Below are positions 30,822 to 39,676 of a stretch of DNA of 64,000 bases, in pieces. Source of the stretch: an uncultured delta proteobacterium (GTDB lineage: Bacteria; Myxococcota_A; UBA9160; UBA4427); the NCBI GenBank assembly GCA_963822965.1, contig CAWGJT010000006.1:32001-96000 (forward strand), written 5' to 3'. The position numbers were made by a program, and so were the translations under genes. The stretch's first letter is position 1. Each line of letters opens with the position of its first letter. The notes under the pieces were generated by a model. It was given only the letters and a program-made list of their open reading frames with translations. It was not told the DNA's origin and did no database searches.

Positions 30822-32527
30822 GCCCCGGCCTCGACGCGCGCACCCGCCAGCAGATCGCGGCCGTCGAGGTCTGCCGGCACGGCCACGCCGAGGCGCGCGG
30901 CCAGGGTGGGCGCCAGGTCGATGGTCCGTGCCGGCCCCGGGACGCGGCCCGCCGCGAAGCCGGGCCCCCAGAAGACGAGCGGCACGTCGCGGTCATAGTC
31001 GTACGGGCTGCCGTGGGAGGTTCCGTCTCCGTCGAAGTCCGCCAGGCAGGTGGGCTCGAACTGCACGAAGAGGTCTCCGCTGCGCTCGGGGTCGAGGGAG
31101 TTGCGATAGAGACGGGCCAGCTCGCTCCGTCCCTCCACCACCTCGCGCCGGGTCCAGGCTGCGCGCACGGCGGGCTGCGCCTCGAGCCAGCGCTCCGCCA
31201 CGGCGACCACCTGGTCGACCGGAACGCCGCGGTCCCGAGCCAGCGCCCGGTCCACGGTGAGCTCGCTCGCGACGTTCAGCCACGGACGCGGCCAGGAGAA
31301 CGGCGACAGCTCGAAGTGAAGCTTCGCGTAGAGGCGCAGGATCAGGGACACGAGGCCCACCCGCCCGCCGTCCACCGGACACTCGAGCGCACCGGTCTCC
31401 GCCAGTCGCTCGGGCAGAGGCAGCACGCCGTGGTCGGCGCTGAGCGCCACCAGCAGCCCACCGGGTCCGACGCGCGCCTCGGCCCCGGCGAGGAATTCGC
31501 CCAACGCCGCGTCGAGACGCAGCAGGGCGTCGCGCGCCTCCAGGCTTCCGGGGCCGTAGGCGTGGCCGACGGTGTCCGTCGCCGACAGCGAGATGGCCAG
31601 CAGGTCGGGGGCGTCGTGTCGGCCCAGGTCTTCCGACTCGACGAGGGTGCGCGCGAAGTCGAGGGTCAGCAGGTCGACGAAGGGAGAGTGGTAGACGTCG
31701 TCGGCCTGCTCCTCGGGATCGTCGTCGTGCAGCGGGTGCGGGCTCGTGCGGCTGCGCTCGTCCGATTCGCCCGGGTAGTCGTCGACGCGCGGCGGCGTGC
31801 CGCCGGCGGGCTCGCTCGAGTGGATCCACTGGTCCGGGACGCGCGCCGCCAGACCCGGCGCGTTCCAGGCCGTCACCCAGCCCGGGAGCGCGCCCGCGTA
31901 GTAGCGGCTCGTCGTAAAGCCCGGCCACACCGTCTCCGCGTCCAGGCGGCCGTCCGGTCCCGCGCGGAGCGCGCCGTCCTTCTGCAGCCAGTACACCCCG
32001 TCCGGATGCTGGCCGCCCAGGGCAATGGCCGCCCGATCCTTGGCGGAGACCGCGAACACGCGGGCTTGGGGGAACGTCGCCTTCAGCCAGTCGCCCAGGG
32101 CGTCGGCGCGAATGGGCCGCGGCGAGCGTCCCGCCTCGGGATCGTCGTCGCCGCCGATCACGGCGGCATCCGGCGCCGGATCCGCAACGCAGTAGCGACG
32201 CTCTCCCGACTCGCGGTCGATGTAGGTGTTGGCGGTGACGCCGACCGGACCCGGCTCGCGGCCCGTCGCGATGGCCACGTGACCGGGACAGGTCTCCGTG
32301 ACCGCGTGGTCGAGCTGCGCGTCGCTGTACGCGCGTCCTTCCCGGGCCAGGCGACCGAGCCCCCCCGGCAGGGCGGGGTCGAGGCGGTCCCGGCGCAGCT
32401 GGTCGATGGCCACGATCAGGACGAGCGCGGGCCGCCGCGCCCCAGGCGTGCCCTCGCCGTCTGCCGCGGACGCAGGACGCGCGAGGACCACGAGCACGAG
32501 CGCCGCAGCGACCAGGAACCGGAGCAC
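30749..32527 (-). CDS. Alkaline phosphatase (PafA/nucleotide pyrophosphatase) family protein
   Basis: IAIDQLRRD, TCPGH, KDRAAI, TDTVGHAYGP, SADHG, SHGSPYDYD; 3' end overlaps the CDF gene by 73 nt. Confidence 0.92.
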   Translation of the reverse strand: MLRFLVAAALVLVVLARPASAADGEGTPGARRPALVLIVAIDQLRRDRLDPALPGGLGRLAREGRAYSDAQLDHAVTETCPGHVAIATGREPGPVGVTANTYIDRESGERRYCVADPAPDAAVIGGDDDPEAGRSPRPIRADALGDWLKATFPQARVFAVSAKDRAAIALGGQHPDGVYWLQKDGALRAGPDGRLDAETVWPGFTTSRYYAGALPGWVTAWNAPGLAARVPDQWIHSSEPAGGTPPRVDDYPGESDERSRTSPHPLHDDDPEEQADDVYHSPFVDLLTLDFARTLVESEDLGRHDAPDLLAISLSATDTVGHAYGPGSLEARDALLRLDAALGEFLAGAEARVGPGGLLVALSADHGVLPLPERLAETGALECPVDGGRVGLVSLILRLYAKLHFELSPFSWPRPWLNVASELTVDRALARDRGVPVDQVVAVAERWLEAQPAVRAAWTRREVVEGRSELARLYRNSLDPERSGDLFVQFEPTCLADFDGDGTSHGSPYDYDRDVPLVFWGPGFAAGRVPGPARTIDLAPTLAARLGVAVPADLDGRDLLAGARVEAGAQRREAGVVSANAGLAPTDGSPSR

Positions 32528-32578
32528 GGCGGCAAGCTAGCAGGTAATCTTCCCCGACGATTCCGGGAGGAGCGAGGC

Positions 32579-33742
32579 ATGCCGTACGCAGCAGGCCGTA
32601 CGATCCACGACGCGGACAGCCACGTGATGGAGACGCCCGAGTGGATGTTCGACTATGCGCCCGCGGACGTCCGCGCCCGCATGAAGCCCGTCTTCGTCGC
32701 GTCCGTGAAGCCCGGCGAGGAGACCTTCATCGAGGAGCTGCGGCGCCGCCATCGCGACCCGGAGTATCGCGCCCGGGACGAGGCCGAGATCATGCTGCGC
32801 AAGAACTGGCAGGCCACCGGCTCGTTCATCGCCGAGGACCGGCCGCGGGCCCTCGACCTGCTGGGCTTCGAGAGCCAGCTCGTCTTCAACACGTTCTCGA
32901 ACGGACAGCTGCTCGCCGCCGAGCACGGCGACGACGTCGACTTCGCGTACGCGCTCGCCGAGGCCCACAACCGCGCCATGGCCGACTTCTGCTCCGTGGA
33001 CCGGCGCCTGCTCGCGACGGGCTACGTCCCGCTGCGCGACTTCGAGCGGGCGCGCCGGGCCGCCATCCAGGCCATCGAGCTCGGCTGCAAGGCGCTGCTC
33101 TTCGCCTCGGCCTGCCCGAAGGGGCACTCGCCCAGCCACATCGGCCTCGATCCGGTCTGGGCCGTGGCCCAGGACGCGGGCCTGCCGATCGTGCTGCACG
33201 TCGGAGGCGGGGGTCGACTGCTCGACCCCTGCTACTTCGAGAACGGCCTGCCGCCGGTGCCGGACTTCCACGGCGGCGCGGAGAACTTCCGCTCGGTGGA
33301 CTACATGGCGATCCCGTATCCGCCCATGCAGACCCTGGCCACGATGATCCTCGACGGCGTCTTCGAGCGCTTTCCCCGACTGCGCTGCGGGGTGATCGAG
33401 CAGGGGGCTTCCTGGGTGCCCGGCTGGATGCGACAGCTCGATTCGGCGGTCGACGCCTTCCGGCGCAACGAGGAGCGCCTGCAGAACCTCGCCCTTCGGC
33501 CCAGCGAGTACGTCCGGCGCCAGATCCGCGTCACCCCCTACCCCGCCGAGGACACGGGCTGGATCATCGAGAACGCGGGCCCCGAGGTGTGTCTGTTCTC
33601 GTCGGACTACCCGCACGTGGAGGGCGGGCGCAACCCGCTGAAGCGTTTCGAGGCGTCGCTCGACGACGTGTCCGAGGACGCGAAGACGCGCTTCTACCAC
33701 GACAATTTCGCCGACTTGATGGGCGCGGGCCTGCCGACTTGA
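32579..33742 (+). CDS. Amidohydrolase family (Amidohydro_2) protein
   Basis: GGGAGGAG SD; HDADSHVME, GVFERFPRL..EQGASW, FSSDYPHVEG. Confidence 0.92.
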   Translation: MPYAAGRTIHDADSHVMETPEWMFDYAPADVRARMKPVFVASVKPGEETFIEELRRRHRDPEYRARDEAEIMLRKNWQATGSFIAEDRPRALDLLGFESQLVFNTFSNGQLLAAEHGDDVDFAYALAEAHNRAMADFCSVDRRLLATGYVPLRDFERARRAAIQAIELGCKALLFASACPKGHSPSHIGLDPVWAVAQDAGLPIVLHVGGGGRLLDPCYFENGLPPVPDFHGGAENFRSVDYMAIPYPPMQTLATMILDGVFERFPRLRCGVIEQGASWVPGWMRQLDSAVDAFRRNEERLQNLALRPSEYVRRQIRVTPYPAEDTGWIIENAGPEVCLFSSDYPHVEGGRNPLKRFEASLDDVSEDAKTRFYHDNFADLMGAGLPT

Positions 33743-33870
33743 TCCGCGCGGGCCGGCCGACTTGATCCGCGCGGGCCGTCCGACTTGATTCGCGCGGGCC
33801 GGCCGACTTGATCCGCGCGGGCCGGCCGACTTGATCCGCGCGGGCCGGCCGACTTGATTCGCGCGGCCGT
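33710..33870. repeat. Seven 23-nt tandem repeats (consensus GCCGACTTGATCCGCGCGGGCCG)
   Basis: Units start at 33710, 33733, 33756, 33779, 33802, 33825, 33848; no spacers. Confidence 0.97.
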
Positions 33871-35850
33871 CTACTCGGGCAGCGCGTAGGCGATCACGGC
33901 GTCGCCGGGCTCGGACCAGCCGTGCCCTCCGGCCGCCACCACGACGAACTGCCGGCCGTCGGGCCGCAGGCGATAGGTGAGCGGCGTCGAGTTCGCCGTG
34001 AAGGGAATCCGGCGGCTCCAGATCTCCTCCCCCGTCCGCGCGTCGAAGGCCCGGAAGCTCTTGTCCGTGGTGGCGCCGATGAAGACGAGCCCACCCGCCG
34101 TCACGATCGACCCGCCCAGGTTCGGCGCCCCGAGCGGCAGCCAGAGGGGGAACGGCGCCTGGTCGCGCGTGGTTCCCAGGGTGGACTGCCAGAGCACGTC
34201 GCCGCTGCGCAGGTCCACGGCGGTCAGGGTGCCCCACGGCGGCGCGAGGCACGGCGCACCGAAGCTCGACAGCAACGGGAAGCGCTTCACCCCGTAGGGG
34301 GTACCGCGCATGGGATACAGCTCGTTGGGATACTGGTTCAACGCGGGATCGAGGGCGTCGAACTCGGCGCGCGGTATCAGCTGCACGACGGCGGCCGCCC
34401 GCATCTGGTTCGTGTAGAGGACGCCGCGTACGGGGTCGACGGAGACGCCGCCCCAGTTCATGCCCCCGGCCGAGCCCGGGTACTGGATGGTCCCCTGCAG
34501 GCTCGGAGGCGTGAAGAGCCCCTCGTGGCGGTAGCGGGCGACCTTCTCCCGGCAATCGCTCTCGTCGATGGGCGTGAACCCCCAGGCGGTCTCGGCGGTC
34601 ACCTGCGTGGGATGCAGCGGCGGCGGATGGGTGGGAAACGGCTGCGTCGGCGAGAGCGTCTCGCCCGGCACCGTGCCCTGGGGCACGGGCCGCTCCTCGA
34701 CGGGATAGAGGGGCTGGCCGGTCTCGCGATCGAGCAGGAAGACGTGACCCATCTTCGTGGCCTGGGCGACGCCCGGCCTGCCGCCGCCGACGCCGTCGAT
34801 CTGGAAGAGCGTGGGCTGCGACGCCACGTCGTAGTCCCACAGGTCGTGATGCACGGCCTGGAAGTGCCACACCACCCGGCCCGTGCGGGCGTCCAGGGCC
34901 ACCGTCGAGCTGCCGTAGTAGTCGAGACCGTGGCGCAGACCTCCGAAGCTGTCGGGCGACGGGTTGCCCGTGGGCACGAACACGAGCCCGCGCTCCGAGT
35001 CGCTCGAGAGGGGCGCCCAGACGTTGGGCGTTCCCGCCTCGTAGCGACGACCGTGCGCGGTCGGCGTGGGCCGCCAGCCGGGCGGCACGGGATCCCAGGC
35101 CCAGCGCAAGGCGCCGGTGCGGGCGTCGAAGCCCCGCACGACTCCGCTCGGCGCGTCGACCCGCAGGCTGTCGGCGACGAGGGCGCCGATCACGACCACG
35201 TCGCCCACCACCACGGGCGGCGAGGTCGGGTAGTACTCCCAGGACGGGACGTCCTCGCCCATCCCCTCGCGCAGGGCCACCCGACCCGCCTCGCCGAAGC
35301 CTTCGCAGGGCCGGCCCGTCTTCGCGTCGAGGGCGATCAGCTCCGAGTCCCGGGTGCCGTAGAAGATCCGCTCGCGGCAGGCGTCGCCCTTGCGGGCGGC
35401 CGGGTCCTGCCACCAGGTCACCCCTCGGCAGGTGAGCGGATACGGCCCCTCTCCCCGCTTCGCGCGCAGCTTCGGGTCGAAGGTCCAGCGCTCCTGCCCG
35501 GTCTCCGGATCGAGCGCGACGACGCGCATGAAGCCGGTGCAGAAGTAGAGGGTTCCGTCGGCGACGATCGGCGTCGCCTCGAACGACGTGCGTGCGAACT
35601 CGCCGCGGCCGTCGGAGAAGTCGCCGTGACGGTAGGTCCAGGCGACCTCGAGGTCCTGCACGTTCTCGGGGGTGATCTGCGTGAGCGGCGAGTACCGCAG
35701 CCCGCCCTCGTCTCCGCCGTAGGCCGGCCAGTCGGCGACCGGCCCGGCGTGGTCGAGGGGACTCGAAGGAGAGCAGCCCAGCGTCTGCAGGAAGATCAGC
35801 AGCACCCCGGCGCCCAGCAGGCGGGACAGCACGCTCGATCCGGACCCCAT
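33871..35850 (-). CDS. PQQ-dependent dehydrogenase, glucose/quinate/shikimate family, lipoprotein-like N-terminus
   Basis: RYSPLTQITPENV, TCRGV, HHDLWDYD, GGMNWGG, PPWGTL, GGSIVTAGGLVF; possible lipobox LGC. Confidence 0.92.
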   Translation of the reverse strand: MGSGSSVLSRLLGAGVLLIFLQTLGCSPSSPLDHAGPVADWPAYGGDEGGLRYSPLTQITPENVQDLEVAWTYRHGDFSDGRGEFARTSFEATPIVADGTLYFCTGFMRVVALDPETGQERWTFDPKLRAKRGEGPYPLTCRGVTWWQDPAARKGDACRERIFYGTRDSELIALDAKTGRPCEGFGEAGRVALREGMGEDVPSWEYYPTSPPVVVGDVVVIGALVADSLRVDAPSGVVRGFDARTGALRWAWDPVPPGWRPTPTAHGRRYEAGTPNVWAPLSSDSERGLVFVPTGNPSPDSFGGLRHGLDYYGSSTVALDARTGRVVWHFQAVHHDLWDYDVASQPTLFQIDGVGGGRPGVAQATKMGHVFLLDRETGQPLYPVEERPVPQGTVPGETLSPTQPFPTHPPPLHPTQVTAETAWGFTPIDESDCREKVARYRHEGLFTPPSLQGTIQYPGSAGGMNWGGVSVDPVRGVLYTNQMRAAAVVQLIPRAEFDALDPALNQYPNELYPMRGTPYGVKRFPLLSSFGAPCLAPPWGTLTAVDLRSGDVLWQSTLGTTRDQAPFPLWLPLGAPNLGGSIVTAGGLVFIGATTDKSFRAFDARTGEEIWSRRIPFTANSTPLTYRLRPDGRQFVVVAAGGHGWSEPGDAVIAYALPE

Positions 35851-35881
35851 CGGCGGCCGAAGCGGCCCCCCTCCAGAGGAG

Positions 35882-36970
35882 CTAGAGCAGCTCCTGCTTT
35901 CGCGTGAGGTAGGGGAAGTGGACGGCCTCGGTCGTGTCGCGCACGGGCGCCTCACCGCTCACTCCGAACAAGGGGCTGCTCGCCACCTGCATCACCGGGG
36001 CCGCCTCGCGTGCCCGGCGTGCCCGTCCCTGGGTCCGCGCGGAGACGGAGCTGCGCCGCAGATCGTTGGGCGCGAAGGGTGCCACACCCGCTTCCTCGGC
36101 GCGCTTGTCGAGGCACTGTCGGACGGCGCTGGCCGTCAGGCGGCGGACCTCCACGGTGCCGTTCTTCCGCACGGGGCACAGGAGCGGACCGTTGGCGTCG
36201 CCCCGCGCCTCGAGCCAGTCCTCCAGGGCGATGAGGGCGCCATTCTGGAGCGGCACTGTGCGGCCGCGGGAGTCCTTGGTGCCCTTCACGTAGACGGTGA
36301 CCTGTCCGCGGCGGTTGTCGAACTTCATGTCCTTCAGGTTGAGCGCGAGCATCTCGTTCGCCCACAGCCCTCCCTGGTAGCCCAGGCTGAGGATGAGCGC
36401 GTCGCGCGGTCCCTCGGGCGTGGAGTCGACGCCGCACGCCGACGTGAGCGCCCGGAACTCGCTCGCCCCCAGGATGCGCCCGCGCACGACGCGCTTGCCG
36501 TCGGCCTTGGGCATCTCGAGCGCCGCGGCCCGTTCCTCGTCGCTGAGGAAGCCGAGCTTGTGGCACTCGCTCAGCACCCGGCGAAGTGAATTTCGCAGCT
36601 TCTGGACGTGCTTGGCACCGTAGGCGGGGGGGACCTGGCGGTACTTGCGGGTCGGATCGCGGTCGAAGCGCAGGGATTCGATGCGCGCCGGCGTGCCCTC
36701 TTCCTTCAGGATCTGCAGAGCGGCGGCGCCGTGGTAGGCCTTCACCTGCTGCCAGGGAAATTCGTGGGCGTCGCAGACGCCGTCGGTGAAGAGCAGAGCC
36801 AGGGTGTGGAGGGCGTCCTCGGCGGTACGCCGGACATCTCCGGTCTTCAGGGACTCGAGGTAGCTCTGGACGGCTTTCGCGCCGCGCTGCACCTCCTCGG
36901 GCTCGAGAATGAAGTCGGCTGATTCTCCTGCGAGGCGCTCGTCTCCCAGGTAGACAGCATCCGTGGCCAT
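35882..36970 (-). CDS. Tyrosine recombinase/integrase homologue with degenerate catalytic residues
   Basis: RDALILSLGYQGGLWANE (box I), RTVPL..ALEDWLEARG..GPL, RAEEAGVAPFAPNDLRR (box II); GLR>GLW, HxxR>NxxR, no catalytic Tyr. Confidence 0.85.
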   Translation of the reverse strand: MATDAVYLGDERLAGESADFILEPEEVQRGAKAVQSYLESLKTGDVRRTAEDALHTLALLFTDGVCDAHEFPWQQVKAYHGAAALQILKEEGTPARIESLRFDRDPTRKYRQVPPAYGAKHVQKLRNSLRRVLSECHKLGFLSDEERAAALEMPKADGKRVVRGRILGASEFRALTSACGVDSTPEGPRDALILSLGYQGGLWANEMLALNLKDMKFDNRRGQVTVYVKGTKDSRGRTVPLQNGALIALEDWLEARGDANGPLLCPVRKNGTVEVRRLTASAVRQCLDKRAEEAGVAPFAPNDLRRSSVSARTQGRARRAREAAPVMQVASSPLFGVSGEAPVRDTTEAVHFPYLTRKQELL

Positions 36971-37146
36971 ACTGGGGGGTCTCCGGTGGCCATTCCAGCT
37001 CGCCTGCTTCGGGACTGCAGCGTGGGCTCCTGTGCTCCTGCTGGCTGACGGCCGACCGCGGGGCTCGAGGTGGAGCCCGCGCCGCTCCCCGACAGCAGGC
37101 TGCGGGAATAGCGTTCGAGTGGGTTTTTGTCCGCTGTGCGCTCTTC

Positions 37147-37175
37147 ATATGGCACGAAACCCGACTCGAAGTCAA
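37147..37175 (-). promoter_or_regulatory. Putative sigma-70 promoter for the recombinase-like gene
   Basis: TTGACT-N17-CCATAT on the minus strand in an AT-richer intergenic region. Confidence 0.45.
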
Positions 37176-37324
37176 GCGCCGTTGCCGGGCGGGACGATTC
37201 TCCAGCCAGTTCAGGTGGTTAGCAGAACGCGAAGATGTCGGACTCGCCGGGTCCCCCAGGGATTCCAGCCGGATTGGACCCACGAGTCCCAGATTATGTC
37301 CGTTTCTGTCGTACCAATTCCTGC

Positions 37325-39460
37325 TCAATCGGTCCCGGGACCGCCTCCCTCGCCCTCTGGGGAGGTGGCGGACCCGTCGGCGTCGGCCCGATCCGCCAGG
37401 TACAGCAGGATGGCCCGGGCGTCGCTCTCGTCGATCACGCCCCCGAAGCCCGGCATGCCCCGCCGGCGCAGGCTGCCGTGCACCACGATGTTGGCGAACG
37501 AGCGGCGCGCACCGGGCCGCAGGTAGCGCAGGTCCGGCAGCGCCCCGCCGCCGACGGCACCCACGCCGTGGCAGGCAGAGCAGTTGACGGCGTACAGGTC
37601 CGAGCCTCGCTTCACCAATGCCTCGCTGCCCGGCGGTGGGGGCGCCGGCGGAGCCGGGCGGCGCCGTGGCGGCGGCGGGGTCGGCAGCCGGGCGGTGCCT
37701 CCGAGCCGATAGGTCAGGATGCGACCCGCGGGCCGGGCCCCCACGGCGCGCGCGGCGTCGCCGCCCGACAGCCCGAAGGCTCCCCCCCAGCCGGCCAGCA
37801 CCGAGACGTACTGCACGTCGTCCACCCGATAGGTCATCGGCGCGGCGATGATGCCCGTGGGCGCCTGCGCCTCCCACAGCTTCTCTCCCCGGTCGGCCGA
37901 GTAGGCGACGAAGCGACCGTCGGCGGTTCCCTGGAAGACCAGGTTGCCCGCGGTCGCCAGCACGCCGCCGTTGCCGATGGCGTCGTACGGCACGCGCCAC
38001 ACCCGGCGTCCCGCGACCGGATCCCAGGCGTCCAGGCTCCCGCTGGCGGCCTCGCGCGGGAACGAGGTCGCTTCGGTGAAGTCGACGCCCGCGTTCGCGT
38101 ACGAGCCCGGCACGTAGACGAGCGGCTTGCGGATCGGCGCGTAGTAGCCCGCCACGTCCTGGGCCGGGATGTAGACGAGCCCGGTCCCGGGATGGAAGGC
38201 CATGGGCTGCCAGTTGTGAGCGCCGAGGCTGCCGGGCCGGATGAAGGCCGGGTGCTCGGCGTAGTCGCCCGCACCCGTCTCCACGGGGCGGCCGCTGGCG
38301 AGGTCGACCCGGTCGGCCCAGGTCACCCGGGCGAAGGGGGTGGCCGAGAGCAGCTCGCCCGTCTCGCGGTCGAGCACGTAGAAGAAGCCGTTCTTGGGCG
38401 CCTGCAGCAGCAGCTTCCGCACGCGCCCGTGCCACGGCAGGTCGGCCAGGATCATGTGCTGCGTGGCGGTGAAGTCCCAGCTGTCGCCCGGCGTCGTCTG
38501 GTAGTGCCAGACGAGCTCGCCGGTGTCCGGACGCAGCGCGAGGATCGACGACAGGTACAGGTTGTCGCCGCCGCCGGGGCTGCGCACGTCGCGACTCCAG
38601 GGCGCGCCATTGCCGGTCCCGACGTAGAGCAGGTCGAGGTCGGGATCGAAGGCCATCGAGTCCCAGACGGTGCCGCCACCGCCCACCACCCACCACGGGG
38701 TGTGAGGACCCGAGTCCGCGGACCAGGTCTCGAGGGCCCGCTCGAGGGCCGGCGATTCCTGGGGCTCGCCCGGATTGCGGGGCACGGTGTAGAAGCGCCA
38801 TACGAGTCGCCCGTCCGCGGCGTCGTAGGCCGACACGTACCCGCGCACGCCCATGTCGGCGCCACCGTTGCCGATGATGACCCGTCCCTTCACCACCCGC
38901 GGCGCGCCGGTGATCGCATACGGACGTTCGAGGTCGACGGTCTGCACCGACCAGCGCACGTCGCCCGAGCGCGCGTCCAGGGCGACCAGACGCCCGTCGA
39001 GGGTTCCGACGTAGACGGTGCCCCGCCAGAACGCGACGCCCCGATTCACGACGTCGCAGCAGAACGTCGAGGCGCGCTCCCGGGGAACCTTGGGGTCGTA
39101 GGTCCAGCGGAGCTCGCCCGTGGCGGCGTCGAGCGCAACCACGACGCTCCAGGTGGCCGTCGTGTACAGCACGCCGTCCACCACCAGCGGCGTGGCCTCC
39201 AGGCCGCGATGGGTGCCGAAATCGAAGCTCCAGGCCAGGCCGAGCTCGCTCACGTTGTCGTCGCGAATCTGGTCGAGCGGGCTGTAGCGTTGCTCGGCGT
39301 AGTCGCGGCCGTGGGTCAGCCAGTCGTCGGGATCGAGATCCGCCCGCGCGATGCGCGCGCCGTCCACCGGCCGCGCGTCGGGGGCGAGCGGGGCGCTGCA
39401 AGACGGCAGCACCCACACCGCGAACGCCGCCACCAGCGCCGCACCGATTCCCGACCGCAT
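37325..39460 (-). CDS. Quinohemoprotein alcohol dehydrogenase (type II PQQ-ADH with C-terminal cytochrome c)
   Basis: RYSPLDQI, CCDVVNRG vicinal cysteines, GGGTVWDS, WDFTATQ, QAPKNGFFY, GAHNW, CSACH haem motif. Confidence 0.95.
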   Translation of the reverse strand: MRSGIGAALVAAFAVWVLPSCSAPLAPDARPVDGARIARADLDPDDWLTHGRDYAEQRYSPLDQIRDDNVSELGLAWSFDFGTHRGLEATPLVVDGVLYTTATWSVVVALDAATGELRWTYDPKVPRERASTFCCDVVNRGVAFWRGTVYVGTLDGRLVALDARSGDVRWSVQTVDLERPYAITGAPRVVKGRVIIGNGGADMGVRGYVSAYDAADGRLVWRFYTVPRNPGEPQESPALERALETWSADSGPHTPWWVVGGGGTVWDSMAFDPDLDLLYVGTGNGAPWSRDVRSPGGGDNLYLSSILALRPDTGELVWHYQTTPGDSWDFTATQHMILADLPWHGRVRKLLLQAPKNGFFYVLDRETGELLSATPFARVTWADRVDLASGRPVETGAGDYAEHPAFIRPGSLGAHNWQPMAFHPGTGLVYIPAQDVAGYYAPIRKPLVYVPGSYANAGVDFTEATSFPREAASGSLDAWDPVAGRRVWRVPYDAIGNGGVLATAGNLVFQGTADGRFVAYSADRGEKLWEAQAPTGIIAAPMTYRVDDVQYVSVLAGWGGAFGLSGGDAARAVGARPAGRILTYRLGGTARLPTPPPPRRRPAPPAPPPPGSEALVKRGSDLYAVNCSACHGVGAVGGGALPDLRYLRPGARRSFANIVVHGSLRRRGMPGFGGVIDESDARAILLYLADRADADGSATSPEGEGGGPGTD

Positions 39461-39676
39461 CCCAGCCCTCCCGTCCCGACCCGGCGCGCAGTCTAGCCGC
39501 CGAGCTCGCGGGATTCGCCCGGGGCGTCGGCGCAGCCGCGCGCGCCCGCAGCTCCGCGCAGACGCGGACCGCGGACCGCGGACCGCAAGTTGACGGCTCC
39601 CGGTGGGGGTGTCAGCGTAGGCTGTTCTTCCATCCCGTCGCGCCCTTCCCGTGAGCAGTCCATCCACCATGCCCCG

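Noticed and set aside
33710..33870. CRISPR array
   Set aside because: Repeats are head-to-tail with no unique spacers, and there are no cas genes in the window.
34826..34852. WDYD as evidence of a lanthanide-dependent PQQ enzyme
   Set aside because: HHDLWDxD is normal for the glucose/quinate PQQ family; the neighbouring ADH has WDFT, which lacks the extra Asp.
35882..36970. Active integrase marking a prophage or ICE
   Set aside because: Catalytic residues are missing, and I saw no att duplication or phage, conjugation or cargo genes nearby.
37150..37166. TGGCACG as a sigma-54 -24 box
   Set aside because: The -12 position reads GA instead of GC, and it points away from the adjacent gene start.
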